This document shows, piece by piece, positions 51,853 through 62,890 of a stretch of DNA of 64,000 bases. The notes beneath the pieces were generated by a model, which worked only from the letters and a program-made list of their open reading frames with translations, did not search any database and was not told the origin of the DNA. The stretch comes from an uncultured bacterium (GTDB lineage Bacteria > Krumholzibacteriota > Krumholzibacteriia > LZORAL124-64-63): NCBI GenBank assembly GCA_963732385.1, contig CAVSZB010000004.1, positions 128,001 to 192,000 on the forward strand. Reading direction: 5' to 3'. The position numbers and the translations under genes are program-made. How positions within the stretch are numbered: position 1 is the first letter of the stretch; every line of letters starts with the position of its first letter.

Positions 51853-53201
51853 CAGGGGCGCGCCGCCCAGGTGAACTGGTGCGGCCAGGCCGCGGTGTTG
51901 GACGGCACCGATGTGTGGCAGATGTTGCAGGCCGACGGCTGCGCGCCGGAGCCGCCGTGTTCTTCGCCGAAATCGCCCGCGCCGCCGCCGTGCGAGTTGT
52001 CGTGGCAGACCGCACAGGAACCGAGGCTCTTCGCACGCGACTGGTACTGGATCGACTGGTAGTTGTCGCTCGCCTCGCGGCTCGGCACCATCGCGTGAGG
52101 GCTGCCGTGGCAACCGGCGCAGTAGACGCCGCCGTGCCCTTTCGCGTTCCGGTACAGGACGGCGCCGGTATCGACCTCCTGCACGCCGCCGTGGCAGGTC
52201 ACACATTTTGGCTCGCTCACCCAGGGGACGCGTCCGCCTGTCGCGATGCTGGAGGCGACCTGCGCCAGGTCCCCGTGGCACGCCACGCAGTGCCCGTCAT
52301 CGGCCGTATGGGCCAGGCTGCGCGTGCACTTCGTCACCGCGCCGGGATGGCAGTCGTAGCAGGCGGCGCCCCGCGCGGCATGCGAGCCGTGGATCACGCG
52401 CGACAGGTAGTTTTCCGGGTCGTCCGGGGTGGCGCTGCCCAGGGCGGGGCTGGCGTGGCATGATGCGCACAGGATCGGTTTGTTATCGACGTGGCTGGTC
52501 CCGTGCAGGACGTCGTGCGCCAGCAGGATATTGTTGAACGGGCTCACGCCGCCGCCGCCGGTCAGGCTCACCGTACCGGTGCCGCCCTGCGCGTGGCACT
52601 TCGCGCAGTCGATCTCGTCGGAGGTGGGCACCGTGCAGCGGGTCTGCGCGATGACCTGTCCGGCGCTGCGGACGGTGATTTCGGCCACCTGGTAGGGGTT
52701 CCAGCTGTTGTCATCGAGCACCGGCACCAGCGGCACGCCGTCGACCGTGAAGTGGTCGCCGCGCAACGTCAGCGCGCCCGACAAGCCGTTGTGGACCGCC
52801 GGTTCCGCCAGGTTCAGCCCGGTGTCAACGGCGAGCGACACCCCGAAGAGCTGCTGCGCGTGCGTCCAGAACTGGGCGAAGATCCCGCCGTGGCTGTCCG
52901 TTTTTCCGGAGGAGGAGGTGTTGCCCACGATCCGGTATTCCACCGTCACTCCGCTCGTGACGACATGGGGCGGTGCGCCGCGCCGGATCACCTGGGCCCA
53001 GATCGTGTTGTACGGCGGCAGGATGACCGCTTCGTCGTAGGTCGGATTGAGGCAGTGCATGCCGAGGTCATTCCAGGCGATCACAATGGTCTCGCTCTGC
53101 TGGATGCCGACCGCGTTGACATCCTGGCTGCTGCAGCCGCTCAGCGCCCACGCCAGCAGGGGCAGCGCCCCCCACGTCAAACACGACAGTCTGTGCTTCA
53201 T
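51852..53201 (-). CDS. Octaheme c-type cytochrome lipoprotein
   Basis: Lipobox LSGC; heme-free N-domain with WNDLGMHC..ILPPYNT; eight CxxCH (CAKCH, CASCH, CYDCH, CVACH, CVTCH, CAGCH, CAVCH, CNICH). Confidence 0.9.
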   Translation of the reverse strand: MKHRLSCLTWGALPLLAWALSGCSSQDVNAVGIQQSETIVIAWNDLGMHCLNPTYDEAVILPPYNTIWAQVIRRGAPPHVVTSGVTVEYRIVGNTSSSGKTDSHGGIFAQFWTHAQQLFGVSLAVDTGLNLAEPAVHNGLSGALTLRGDHFTVDGVPLVPVLDDNSWNPYQVAEITVRSAGQVIAQTRCTVPTSDEIDCAKCHAQGGTGTVSLTGGGGVSPFNNILLAHDVLHGTSHVDNKPILCASCHASPALGSATPDDPENYLSRVIHGSHAARGAACYDCHPGAVTKCTRSLAHTADDGHCVACHGDLAQVASSIATGGRVPWVSEPKCVTCHGGVQEVDTGAVLYRNAKGHGGVYCAGCHGSPHAMVPSREASDNYQSIQYQSRAKSLGSCAVCHDNSHGGGAGDFGEEHGGSGAQPSACNICHTSVPSNTAAWPHQFTWAARP

Positions 53202-53440
53202 GATCGTGGATTCCTTTCCGGGCGAGGGCCCGACACCGAGGCGGCGGGGAGGAATACCTCGTGACTGTACGCCTGCGCAATCGCAGAGTCAAATGACGTA
53301 ACGCCCATGTCGGGCGACGTTGAATGATATTTAAAGCACGCCCTTGCAATGGTTTGTCAAGGATGTATCACGTAGTGCATGAAGTCGCGATCGCAGTTGT
53401 CCACGCATTTGACGTCCCGCCTCTCGCCCTGAAGCGAGGC

Positions 53441-53456
53441 TGGCGCGACTCTGGCA
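53441..53456 (+). promoter_or_regulatory. Possible sigma54 promoter of the lamin-tail protein gene
   Basis: TGGCGCGACTCTGGCA, GG-N10-GC, about 65 bp before ATG 53522. Confidence 0.3.
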
Positions 53457-53521
53457 GCACGGCTCCGTGACCCGGGCGGTCCTGCGCCGCCTTCCATCTC
53501 CTCCCGGATCGGAGTGGTTCC

Positions 53522-54169
53522 ATGTCGAAGCGCCATCGCGCCCCGTTCTCCGTCTGCCTGTTGTGTGCCGCCGCGCTCGGAGTGACTTCGTCATCCCCGG
53601 TCGCAGCGGCGGTCGTGCTGTCTGAAATCCTCGGCGACCCGGCCCGCGACTGGAACGGCAGCGGTGCCGTCGACAGCCGTGACGACGAATGGGTCGAAGT
53701 GCTCAACACCGGTCCCGACCCGGTCGATCTCGCGGAATACTATCTGCGCGATGCGCTGGGGACCGAGCCGCATCTGCGTCTGTCCGGCCTGCTGGCGGCG
53801 GGGGAGGTGCGCGTCTTCCACGGCAGCGACGCGGTAGCCTGGCAGACGGCGCAGGAACTGACTCTCACCGGGCTCTCGCTCAACAACGCCGGCGACACCG
53901 TCGAATTGCACCGCGGCGTTCCGGGCGAGCCCGGTTCGCAACTGGTCGACGTCTACATCTATCGCGACCATGAGGCGGAGGACGATCGTTCGAGCGCCCG
54001 TCAGGCGGATGGCACCTGGATCCTGTTCGACTACTACCTGCCGTACACCGGCGCGCTGACACCGGGCGGCAGTGGCTGCGCCCCTTCGCCCGGCGCCGTG
54101 AACGTCTGCGAAGGCAATGTCGCCGACGAGCGGTCGAGCTGGGGGGGGCTCAAGAGCGACTACCGCTGA
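53522..54169 (+). CDS. Secreted lamin-tail-domain-like protein with C-terminal SWGxLKxxYR motif
   Basis: Signal peptide; VVLSEI..DP...D.NG.G......DEWVEV.N.G...VDL..Y.L.D; LNN.GDTV.L; SPG..N; ends SSWGGLKSDYR. Confidence 0.78.
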   Translation: MSKRHRAPFSVCLLCAAALGVTSSSPVAAAVVLSEILGDPARDWNGSGAVDSRDDEWVEVLNTGPDPVDLAEYYLRDALGTEPHLRLSGLLAAGEVRVFHGSDAVAWQTAQELTLTGLSLNNAGDTVELHRGVPGEPGSQLVDVYIYRDHEAEDDRSSARQADGTWILFDYYLPYTGALTPGGSGCAPSPGAVNVCEGNVADERSSWGGLKSDYR

Positions 54170-54331
54170 TATTTCTGCGGTCGGTGCCGTCGCGCCGCCC
54201 GGCACCGTGCCAGCGCGCCGCCGGCGTCTGGGACCCCGCTACCCGGACGCCGGCTGCCGCGCGACTTCCGCAAAGGCGGTGCCGGTGTTATCGTTTCCCC
54301 GGCGCCGGTGCCGCCGGCGCGGGGAGGCCGC

Positions 54332-55348
54332 GTGACGCAAGCGTCGTATGACCCCGAAGCCCTCGTCGCGCGGCTCTGCGCGGGCGACAACCTGGCCTGC
54401 GCGCGCGCGATCACCTACGTCGAAGCGCTCGACGCACGGTCTGACGCGCTGCTGGCGCTCCTGTTCCCGCGGCTGGGCCGGGCCTGGCGCGTGGGTGTGG
54501 CCGGTCCGCCCGGGGCCGGCAAGAGCACACTGGCGCTGCGCCTGGCGCGGATCTGGAGGGATCGCGGCTGGCGGGTCGGTGTCATCGCTGTCGATCCCAC
54601 CTCGCCGCTTACGGGGGGCGCGCTGCTGGGCGACCGCATCCGGCTGCGGGATGTCGCCACCGACCCCGGCGTTTTCATTCGCTCTTTGGCGACCCGCGGT
54701 TCGCTCGGCGGCCTGAGCCTGGCGACCGGACGGGTCGCCGACGTACTCGATGCCTGGGGCGCCGACGTTGTCCTGATCGAGACGGTCGGCATGGGTCAGG
54801 TAGGGGGAGATGTGCGGCTGGAGGCCGACACCACCGCTGTCGTCATGGTGCCGGAGTCGGGTGACGGGGTCCAGACCATGAAGGCCGGGATCCTGGAGCT
54901 GGCCGACGTGCTGGTGGTCAACAAGGCGGACCGTCCCGGAGCCGCGGACATGCTGAGGCAACTCGCCGCGCGCGGCGGTCGCGCCCCCGGACTGCCCGGG
55001 CACGGCCTGGTGGAGGCCGGAGGCGCTGCCGCGTGGGACCCTCCCGTCATCGGCACCTGCGCCGCCGACGGGGCCGGAACTGTGGAGTTGGCCGCGGCCC
55101 TCGATCGTCACCGCGCCGTGGTCGCGGCGGCGGGCACGCGGGCGCGAGACGACGATGCGTTCTGGCGCGAGAGGTTCGCCCGTCTGGCGGAAACGGCCAT
55201 CGTGCGGGAGTTGCGTGGCGCGCTCGCGGCCGAACCGGCGTTGGCGCCGCGTCTGGCGGCCGTACGGCGTGGCGAAACGCCCTTCGGGGCGCTGCTGGCC
55301 GAGGTCCTTGACCGGTTCCGGGGGCGTCCGACCGGTCATTCCGGATGA
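54332..55348 (+). CDS. meaB: MeaB/ArgK-family GTPase chaperone of B12-dependent acyl-CoA mutase
   Basis: GPPGAGKST, AVDPTSP.TGGALLGDRIR, TRG.LGG, IETVG.GQ, VNKAD. Confidence 0.92.
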   Translation: MTQASYDPEALVARLCAGDNLACARAITYVEALDARSDALLALLFPRLGRAWRVGVAGPPGAGKSTLALRLARIWRDRGWRVGVIAVDPTSPLTGGALLGDRIRLRDVATDPGVFIRSLATRGSLGGLSLATGRVADVLDAWGADVVLIETVGMGQVGGDVRLEADTTAVVMVPESGDGVQTMKAGILELADVLVVNKADRPGAADMLRQLAARGGRAPGLPGHGLVEAGGAAAWDPPVIGTCAADGAGTVELAAALDRHRAVVAAAGTRARDDDAFWRERFARLAETAIVRELRGALAAEPALAPRLAAVRRGETPFGALLAEVLDRFRGRPTGHSG

Positions 55349-55440
55349 AAAGTCTGTGCATGCAGGATTTGTTCGGTTAACCTGCTTCCGCTTCGCGCCG
55401 GCCTGGCGCGCGTGGCGGGACGAGCGTGGGAGGCTCGAGG

Positions 55441-55869
55441 ATGTCCGTCAAGCGCGTGCTGGTCGCCAAGCCTGGTCTGGATGGCCACGACCGGGGGGCC
55501 AAGGTGGTAGCCAACGCCCTGCGCGACGCCGGCATGGAAGTGATCTACACCGGGCTGCATCAGACGCCGGAGATGATCGTCCAGGCCGCGCTGCAGGAAG
55601 ACGTCGATGTGATCGCGCTGAGCGTCCTGTCGGGAGCCCACATGACGGTGTTCCCGCGGGTGATGCAGCTGTTGCGTGACGGTGGCGGCGACCAGATCGC
55701 CGTCACTGGCGGCGGGATCATTCCCGAGGCGGACCGACAGGCCCTGCAGACCCTGGGTGTGGGGCGCCTGTTCGGCCCCGGCAGCACCATGGCCGAGATT
55801 GTCGCCTACATCCGCGCCCTGCCGGGCCGCCCGGCCGACGGGCAGGGAGTTGACGGACCCGCGGGCTGA
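55441..55869 (+). CDS. Stand-alone cobalamin-binding subunit of an acyl-CoA mutase (MCM C-terminal / IcmB-like)
   Basis: [13 protein letters not shown] (DxHxxG), [20 protein letters not shown]. Confidence 0.92.
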   Translation: MSVKRVLVAKPGLDGHDRGAKVVANALRDAGMEVIYTGLHQTPEMIVQAALQEDVDVIALSVLSGAHMTVFPRVMQLLRDGGGDQIAVTGGGIIPEADRQALQTLGVGRLFGPGSTMAEIVAYIRALPGRPADGQGVDGPAG

Positions 55870-55956
55870 CCGGTCTCCCCTCGGTCGACGCTCGCGAAGC
55901 GCGCCGCCCCGTCGGGCGGCGTGGCGCGGGTCCGCCGTTCGCGCCGAGGAGGATCG

Positions 55957-57099
55957 ATGGGGTTCACCGAAAACCAGAAGATGATCCGCGACCTTGCCCG
56001 CAGTTTCGCGCAGGACAAGGTCCGGCCGATCGCCGCCGCCTGCGACGAGAGCGGCGATTTTCCCGTGGCCACCGTGCGGGAGATGGGCGAACTCGGACTG
56101 CTCGGCCTGACCGTGCCCGAGGAGTTCGGCGGGGTCGGCGCCGACACGCTTTCCTACGCGCTGGTGGTGGAGGAGCTGGCGAAGGTCTGCGGCAGTCACG
56201 CCCTGATCTGCGCCGCGCATAACAGTCTCGGCTGCGGGCCGATCGTCAACTTCGGCTCGTCCGACCAGAAAGACCGCTGGTTGCCGGGGGCCGCCCGCGG
56301 CGAATACCTGCTCGCCTTCGGCCTGACCGAGGCGGGCGCCGGCAGCGACGCCGGCGGCACCCGCACGACCGCCGTGCGCGACGGCGATGGCTGGCTCGTC
56401 AACGGCAGCAAGATGTGGATCACCAACGCGCACCAGGCGGGCGCGGTGATCATCACGGCGGTGACCGGCCAGGCGGGCGGCGCCGGCCACGGCATCAGCG
56501 CCTTCATCGTCCCGACCGGGACCGCCGGTTTCACGGTCGAGCGCAAGGAGGACAAGCTCGGGGTGCGCGCCTCCGACACCTCTCCGCTGACCCTCGTGGA
56601 TGTTCGCCTGCCGGCGGACGCCCTGCTCGGCGCCGAGGGGCAGGGATTCCGGGCCTTCATGCAGATTCTCGACGGCGGGCGGATCTCGATCGCCGCCATG
56701 GCGCTCGGCCTGGCGGTCGGCGCCTTCGAGGCGGCGCGGTCCTACGCGAAGACCAGGGTGCAGTTCGGACGACCGATCGCCGCCAACCAGGCCGTGCAGT
56801 TCATGCTCGCCGACATGGCGACCCGCATCGAGGCTTCCCGCCTGCTCACCTGGGAGGCGGCCCGGCTTAAGGATGCCGGTCGGACGCACGGACGCGAGGC
56901 CGGCATGGCGAAGCTGTACGCCAGCGAAACCGCAATGTTCGTCACCGACCGGGCCATCCAGATCCTGGGGGGCTACGGCTTCACCAGGGACTACCCGGTG
57001 GAGCGGTTCTACCGCGACGCGAAACTCTGCACGATCGGCGAGGGGACGAGCGAGATCCAGCGTCTCGTCATCGCCCGAGCCCTGCTCGAGGACGACTGA
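55957..57099 (+). CDS. Acyl-CoA dehydrogenase (1)
   Basis: [40 protein letters not shown]...IGEGTSEIQ. Confidence 0.93.
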   Translation: MGFTENQKMIRDLARSFAQDKVRPIAAACDESGDFPVATVREMGELGLLGLTVPEEFGGVGADTLSYALVVEELAKVCGSHALICAAHNSLGCGPIVNFGSSDQKDRWLPGAARGEYLLAFGLTEAGAGSDAGGTRTTAVRDGDGWLVNGSKMWITNAHQAGAVIITAVTGQAGGAGHGISAFIVPTGTAGFTVERKEDKLGVRASDTSPLTLVDVRLPADALLGAEGQGFRAFMQILDGGRISIAAMALGLAVGAFEAARSYAKTRVQFGRPIAANQAVQFMLADMATRIEASRLLTWEAARLKDAGRTHGREAGMAKLYASETAMFVTDRAIQILGGYGFTRDYPVERFYRDAKLCTIGEGTSEIQRLVIARALLEDD

Positions 57100-57114
57100 G
57101 AAGGAGGACCCGTC

Positions 57115-58302
57115 GTGAGCGACAAGCCGGTCATCGTTGAAGCCCTGCGCACCCCGATCGGCCGCTTCCAGGGCGGCCTTGCCGATCTGCCGGCGCCGCG
57201 CCTGGGCGCGGTTGCCGTGCGCGCCGTGCTCGAGCGCTGTGGTCTCGATCCCGAACTGATCGACGAGGTCATCATGGGGAACGTCGTGCAGGCGGGGCTC
57301 GGCCAGAACCCCGCGCGGCAGGCGGCCATCCACGGCGGCGTGCCGCCGAGCGTCAGCGCCCTGACCATCAACAAGGTCTGCGGCTCGGGGCTCAAAGCGG
57401 TGGCGCTGGCGGCGCAGGCTATCCGCGCCGGCGACGCGAGCTGCGTCTTGGCGGGGGGCATGGAGAACATGAGCCGCATCCCGTACGCGTTGCTGGGCGC
57501 GCGCGACGGACTGCGTCTCGGCCACGGGCAGGTCACCGATCTGCTGGTTCACGACGGCCTGTGGGACGTGTACAACGACTACCACATGGGGATGACCGCG
57601 GAGCTGGTCGTCGAGAAGTACGGGATCACGCGCGAGGAGCAGGACGCTTTTGCGGCCGAATCGCAGCGGCGCGCCGTGGCCGCGCGCGACGCCGGCGAAT
57701 TCGCGCGTGAAATCGTCCCGGTCGAGGTGCCGCAGCGCAAGGGCGATCCGGTGAAGGTGACGCAGGACGAGGGTCCACGCGCTGAAAACACTGTGGCGGC
57801 GCTGGCGAAACTCAAGCCGGCGTTCAAGCGCGACGGCGGCACGGTCACGGCCGGCAACGCCTCCACCATCAACGACGGCGCGGCGGCGCTGCTGGTCTGC
57901 GGTCAGTCGTTCGCGCGGTCGCACGGCCTGAAGGTGCGCGCCGTGATCGAGGGTTACGCCACCGGCGGCGTGGAACCGCAGTGGGTGATGATGGCGCCGG
58001 TGCGCGCGCTGCGGAACCTGCTCGGACGCGTGGGGCGTCCGCTGGCCGATTTCGGCCTGTTCGAATTGAATGAGGCGTTCGCGGCGCAGGCGGTGGCCGT
58101 CTCGCGGGAGGCGGGACTCGATCCCGCGCTGGTCAATGTGCGCGGCGGTTCGATCGCTCTCGGGCATCCGATCGGCGCTTCCGGCGCGCGCATCCTGGTC
58201 ACGCTGCTGCACGCCATGGAGGACCGGGACGTCAAGCGCGGCATCGCCGCGCTCTGTCTCGGCGGTGGCGATGCGGTCGCCCTGGCGATCGCACGTCCGT
58301 GA
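57115..58302 (+). CDS. Acetyl-CoA C-acetyltransferase (thiolase)
   Basis: [39 protein letters not shown]. Confidence 0.95.
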   Translation: MSDKPVIVEALRTPIGRFQGGLADLPAPRLGAVAVRAVLERCGLDPELIDEVIMGNVVQAGLGQNPARQAAIHGGVPPSVSALTINKVCGSGLKAVALAAQAIRAGDASCVLAGGMENMSRIPYALLGARDGLRLGHGQVTDLLVHDGLWDVYNDYHMGMTAELVVEKYGITREEQDAFAAESQRRAVAARDAGEFAREIVPVEVPQRKGDPVKVTQDEGPRAENTVAALAKLKPAFKRDGGTVTAGNASTINDGAAALLVCGQSFARSHGLKVRAVIEGYATGGVEPQWVMMAPVRALRNLLGRVGRPLADFGLFELNEAFAAQAVAVSREAGLDPALVNVRGGSIALGHPIGASGARILVTLLHAMEDRDVKRGIAALCLGGGDAVALAIARP

Positions 58303-58342
58303 CCGCGCGCATCGACAGTCACCACAACGCGAAGGGAAGGGC

Positions 58343-59185
<843 letters not shown>

Positions 59186-59200
59186 CGCGGGGAGAGGGCC

Positions 59201-60340
59201 GTGGATTTCAGCCTGACCGAACAGCAACGGACGATCAAGCAGCTGGCCGCCGATTTCGCCGCCCGCGAGGTGGCGCCGATCGCCGCCGCGATCGACCGCG
59301 AGGAGCGCTTCCCCACGGCGGTGGTGAAACGGCTCGGCGAGCTCGGCTTCATGGGGATGAACGTGGCGCCCGAGTACGGCGGCGCCGGGCTCGACACGAT
59401 CAGCTACGTGGTCGCGATGGAGGAGGTCTCGAAGGCCTGCGCCAGCACCGGCGTGATCATGTCGGTGAACAACAGCCTGGTCTGCTGGCCGCTGGAAACG
59501 TACGGGGACGAGGCGCAGAAACGCGACTTCCTCGCGCCGCTGGCGAAGGGGGAGAAGCTCGGCGCCTTCTGCCTGAGCGAGCCCAACGCCGGCACCGACG
59601 CCGCCAACCAGCAGACCCGCGCCGTGCGCGACGGCGACGAATGGGTGCTCAACGGGATGAAGAACTTCATCACCAACGGCGCCCACGCCGACCTGCTGAT
59701 CGTGTTCGCGATGGCCGAGCCGGACCAGAAGCACAAGGGGATCAACGCCTTCATCGTCGAGACCGACCGCCCCGGATTCGCGGTGATCGCGAAGGAGAAG
59801 AAGCTGGGCATTCGCGCCTCGGACACCGCTCAACTCGCCTTCGACAACGTGCGGATCCCCGCCGGCCATCTGCTCGCCCGGCCTGGCGACGGCTTCCGTA
59901 TCGCCATGTCGACGCTCGACGGCGGACGCATCGGGATCGCTGCGCAGGCGCTTGGCATCGCGCAGGCCGCCTACGAGGCCGCGCGCGCCTACGCCCGCCA
60001 GAGGGAGCAGTTCGGCCGCCCGATCGCCGGTTTCCAGGCCATCCAGTGGAAAATCGCCGACATGTGGATGCGGCTGGAGTCGGCGCGCCTGCTCACCTAC
60101 CGCGCGGCCTGGCTGAAGGACCAGAAGGTGCGGCACACGGAGGAATCGGCCATGGCCAAGCTCGCGGCCAGCGAGGCGGCCGGCTTCATCGTGAACGAGG
60201 CGGTGCAGATCTTCGGCGGCAACGGCTACAGTAAGGAGTTCCCGGTCGAGCGTCACTTCCGCGACGCGAAGATCACCGAGATCTATGAAGGCACGAGCGA
60301 GGCGCAGCGCCTGGTGATCGCCGCGTCCCAGTTGAAGTAG
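59201..60340 (+). CDS. Acyl-CoA dehydrogenase (2), butyryl-CoA dehydrogenase-like
   Basis: FCLSEPNAGTD, NG.K.FITNG, LDGGRIGIAAQA, RDAKITEIYEGTSE. Confidence 0.93.
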   Translation: MDFSLTEQQRTIKQLAADFAAREVAPIAAAIDREERFPTAVVKRLGELGFMGMNVAPEYGGAGLDTISYVVAMEEVSKACASTGVIMSVNNSLVCWPLETYGDEAQKRDFLAPLAKGEKLGAFCLSEPNAGTDAANQQTRAVRDGDEWVLNGMKNFITNGAHADLLIVFAMAEPDQKHKGINAFIVETDRPGFAVIAKEKKLGIRASDTAQLAFDNVRIPAGHLLARPGDGFRIAMSTLDGGRIGIAAQALGIAQAAYEAARAYARQREQFGRPIAGFQAIQWKIADMWMRLESARLLTYRAAWLKDQKVRHTEESAMAKLAASEAAGFIVNEAVQIFGGNGYSKEFPVERHFRDAKITEIYEGTSEAQRLVIAASQLK

Positions 60341-60348
60341 GCGGCGCG

Positions 60349-61491
60349 ATGGACTTCGCATTCACCGAGAACCAGCTCATGATGCGCGACATGGTGCGCG
60401 ATTTCGCGCGCCGCGAGATCGCTCCGCTGGCGCGCGAGATGGACGAGCGCCAGGAGATCCCCGACGCGCTCCTGGCGAAAATGCGCGAGCACGGCTTCTT
60501 CGGCCTCTCCTTCCCCGAAGCCTACGGCGGGCTGGCTGTGGACACGGTCACCTACGCCCTGATTATCGAAGAACTCAGCCGCGCCAGCGCCGGCGTGGCG
60601 ATCATGGTGACGGTGCACAACAGCGTCGGTTCCTACCCGCTGGCGATGTTCGGCAGCGAGGAGATCAAGCAGCGTTTCCTGCCGCGCATGGCGGCGGGTG
60701 AGATCGCGGCGTTCTGCGTCACCGAGCCGGGCGCCGGCAGCGATGCCGCGGCGTTGGCGAGCACGGCCCGCCGCGAAGGCGATACGTACGTGCTCAACGG
60801 CAGCAAGCTGTTCGTGACCAACGGCGCGAAGGCCGCCTTCTACGTGATCCTCGCCCGCAGCCCCGGCAGCAGCGGACACCAGGAGGTGCACGCGTTCCTG
60901 GTGGAGCGGGGGACCCCGGGCCTGACGATCGCCAAGAAGGAAGACAAGATGGGCCTGCGGGCCTCCGACACCGTCGCTCTCGACCTGACCGATGCGCGCG
61001 TGCCGGCTTCCCAGCTGCTCGGGCGCGAAGGGGACGGATTCCGGATCGCCATGTCGGCGCTCGACGGGGGGCGCATCGGCGTGGCGTTCCAGGCGCTGGG
61101 CATCGGCCTGGCCTGTCTCGATGAGGCGATCGGCTACGCGAAGGTCCGGGAGCAGTTCGGGCGTCCCCTGGCAGACCAGCCGTCCGTGCGCAATCTGCTG
61201 GCCGACATGGCGACCGAACTGCAGGCGGGCCGCCTGCTCGGCTTTCACGCTGCCTGGCTGAAGGACCATGGCCGGTCGTGCACCAAAGAGGCGGCCATGG
61301 CGAAGCTGTACGGCACCGAGGCCGCCTGCCGGGCGGCCGACGCGGCTCTGCAGATCCACGGCGGCTACGGCTACGTCAAGGATTACGCGGTCGAGCGCTA
61401 TTATCGCGATGTCCGCGTTACCCGCATCTACGAGGGCACGAGCGAAATCCAGCGTCTCGTCATCGCCCGGCGGCTGCTGGCCGAGAGTTGA
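60349..61491 (+). CDS. Acyl-CoA dehydrogenase (3)
   Basis: FCVTEPGAGSD, NGSK.FVTNG, LDGGRIG, HGGYGY, IYEGTSEIQ. Confidence 0.93.
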   Translation: MDFAFTENQLMMRDMVRDFARREIAPLAREMDERQEIPDALLAKMREHGFFGLSFPEAYGGLAVDTVTYALIIEELSRASAGVAIMVTVHNSVGSYPLAMFGSEEIKQRFLPRMAAGEIAAFCVTEPGAGSDAAALASTARREGDTYVLNGSKLFVTNGAKAAFYVILARSPGSSGHQEVHAFLVERGTPGLTIAKKEDKMGLRASDTVALDLTDARVPASQLLGREGDGFRIAMSALDGGRIGVAFQALGIGLACLDEAIGYAKVREQFGRPLADQPSVRNLLADMATELQAGRLLGFHAAWLKDHGRSCTKEAAMAKLYGTEAACRAADAALQIHGGYGYVKDYAVERYYRDVRVTRIYEGTSEIQRLVIARRLLAES

Positions 61492-61558
61492 TTTGCGCGG
61501 ATGGCCGCTCTCCCCCCGCGGGAAGCCGGTCCCTGACCCCGGCAACACTCCATCATCA

Positions 61559-61969
61559 TCAGCGGCAGTGGAGAATCTGGTAGCCCCAGGCGGCCGTCAG
61601 CGCGACCGCGGCACCGAGGCGCCAGAAGCGCCGCTCCGCGGGCCCGAATTCCACCGTGGCGCGCAACCGCGGCGCCGCTGTCGCTGCCGCGCCCCAGGCG
61701 CCCCACAGTCCCAGGGCCAGCGCCCCCACTGTTACCAGCGGGTTCGCCTGCAGTGCGGCGCCCGGATCCAGGCGCGCCAGGGCGAGCGCCGCGCGTGTGC
61801 CGCCGCAGGTCGGGCAGGGAAGGCCGGTGAACTCGAACAGGGGGCAGCGTGCGGCGCGCGCGATCCCATCGCCCCACCAGCGCAGGGCGGCCCAGCCCAG
61901 CGCGGCGATCGCGAGATAGACGAGCGCCAGCAGGCGCGGCAGGGGGTCGGTTTCCGGGCGGAGGTGCAT
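61559..61969 (-). CDS. DUF2752-family small membrane protein
   Basis: CPL...TG.PCP.CG.TRA...L......A...NP between TM helices. Confidence 0.8.
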   Translation of the reverse strand: MHLRPETDPLPRLLALVYLAIAALGWAALRWWGDGIARAARCPLFEFTGLPCPTCGGTRAALALARLDPGAALQANPLVTVGALALGLWGAWGAAATAAPRLRATVEFGPAERRFWRLGAAVALTAAWGYQILHCR

Positions 61970-61977
61970 GGCCGGCG

Positions 61978-62640
61978 TCAGTGGAGCAGGCCCTTGGTGA
62001 TACCCAGCAGGGCGAGTCCTCCGCAACTCGCCAGGCAGATGATCATCGGCAGGGTGACGGCCAGCACCGCGCTCCCCGTCGTCGCGCCATGCAACCGGCG
62101 CAGGCCGATGATGGTCACCACTGCCCCCCAGAACAGGGCCACGGTATTACCGCAAAAAGGCACGGCGGCCAGGATCCAGACCGCCTGGGCGTACGCTACG
62201 GCGCGGAAGGTCGCTTCGAACCCGCGGTGCGTTCCGGCCACGAGGAGCAGGCAGAGGTGGACAATCCCGGCCTGCACGAAGACGGTCACGAACGCGATGC
62301 CGGGGCTCATTATGAAAAAGAATCCGGAGGAGAGCTGCCCCCGCAGGAGGCGCGCCACATCCTCCTCGATCAGGATGCGCAGCGAGGAGGCGGCCAGGGT
62401 CCACATCCAGTCGAGAAAGGCGCTCAGTGTCCCCACCACGAGCGCGAACAGCAGGGGCTGCCACAGCCCGCCGCGCACCGGCACCCGCGCGAAAAAGCGC
62501 TCCGGAGCGCCCAGAACGTCGCGGGTCGTGAGGTAAAGGGCGTTCAGAAAACCGTAGCGCCAGCGCTCTTCCCACGGCGGCAGTGCCGGGGCGGGCCCCG
62601 GCGGCGGTGCGGATGCGTACTGTTCGCCGTCGATCTGCAC
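61978..62640 (-). CDS. YIP1-family membrane protein
   Basis: PPWE.R, P..FF, FEATFR.VAYA, +PFCG; about 5 TM; GTG start after GGAGG. Confidence 0.75.
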   Translation of the reverse strand: MQIDGEQYASAPPPGPAPALPPWEERWRYGFLNALYLTTRDVLGAPERFFARVPVRGGLWQPLLFALVVGTLSAFLDWMWTLAASSLRILIEEDVARLLRGQLSSGFFFIMSPGIAFVTVFVQAGIVHLCLLLVAGTHRGFEATFRAVAYAQAVWILAAVPFCGNTVALFWGAVVTIIGLRRLHGATTGSAVLAVTLPMIICLASCGGLALLGITKGLLH

Positions 62641-62890
62641 GTGGCCTCCCGCGGCCGGACAACGCCCCCGAAATAGCTGCGCGTAAGGATGACTACGCAG
62701 GTCCGCTGTTACGGTTGCCGAGCTTCGCACACGGCGCGACGGCCTGCAAGCGGTGCGTCGTGCCGGCCGGTGCCGCGTCTCCACATCTCTCTCCACATCC
62801 TCTCTTCCCCTGCACCGCGACGGTGGTAAGATCGCCGGTGTGGCCGGACATGTCGTGACGGTCTGCAATAACGGCGGAGGGAACGTCGCA

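Noticed and set aside
53315..53375. FNR/CRP-like site in the AT-rich region upstream of the cytochrome
   Set aside because: Only partial half-site matches with wrong spacing; probably a promoter region, but the site cannot be specified.
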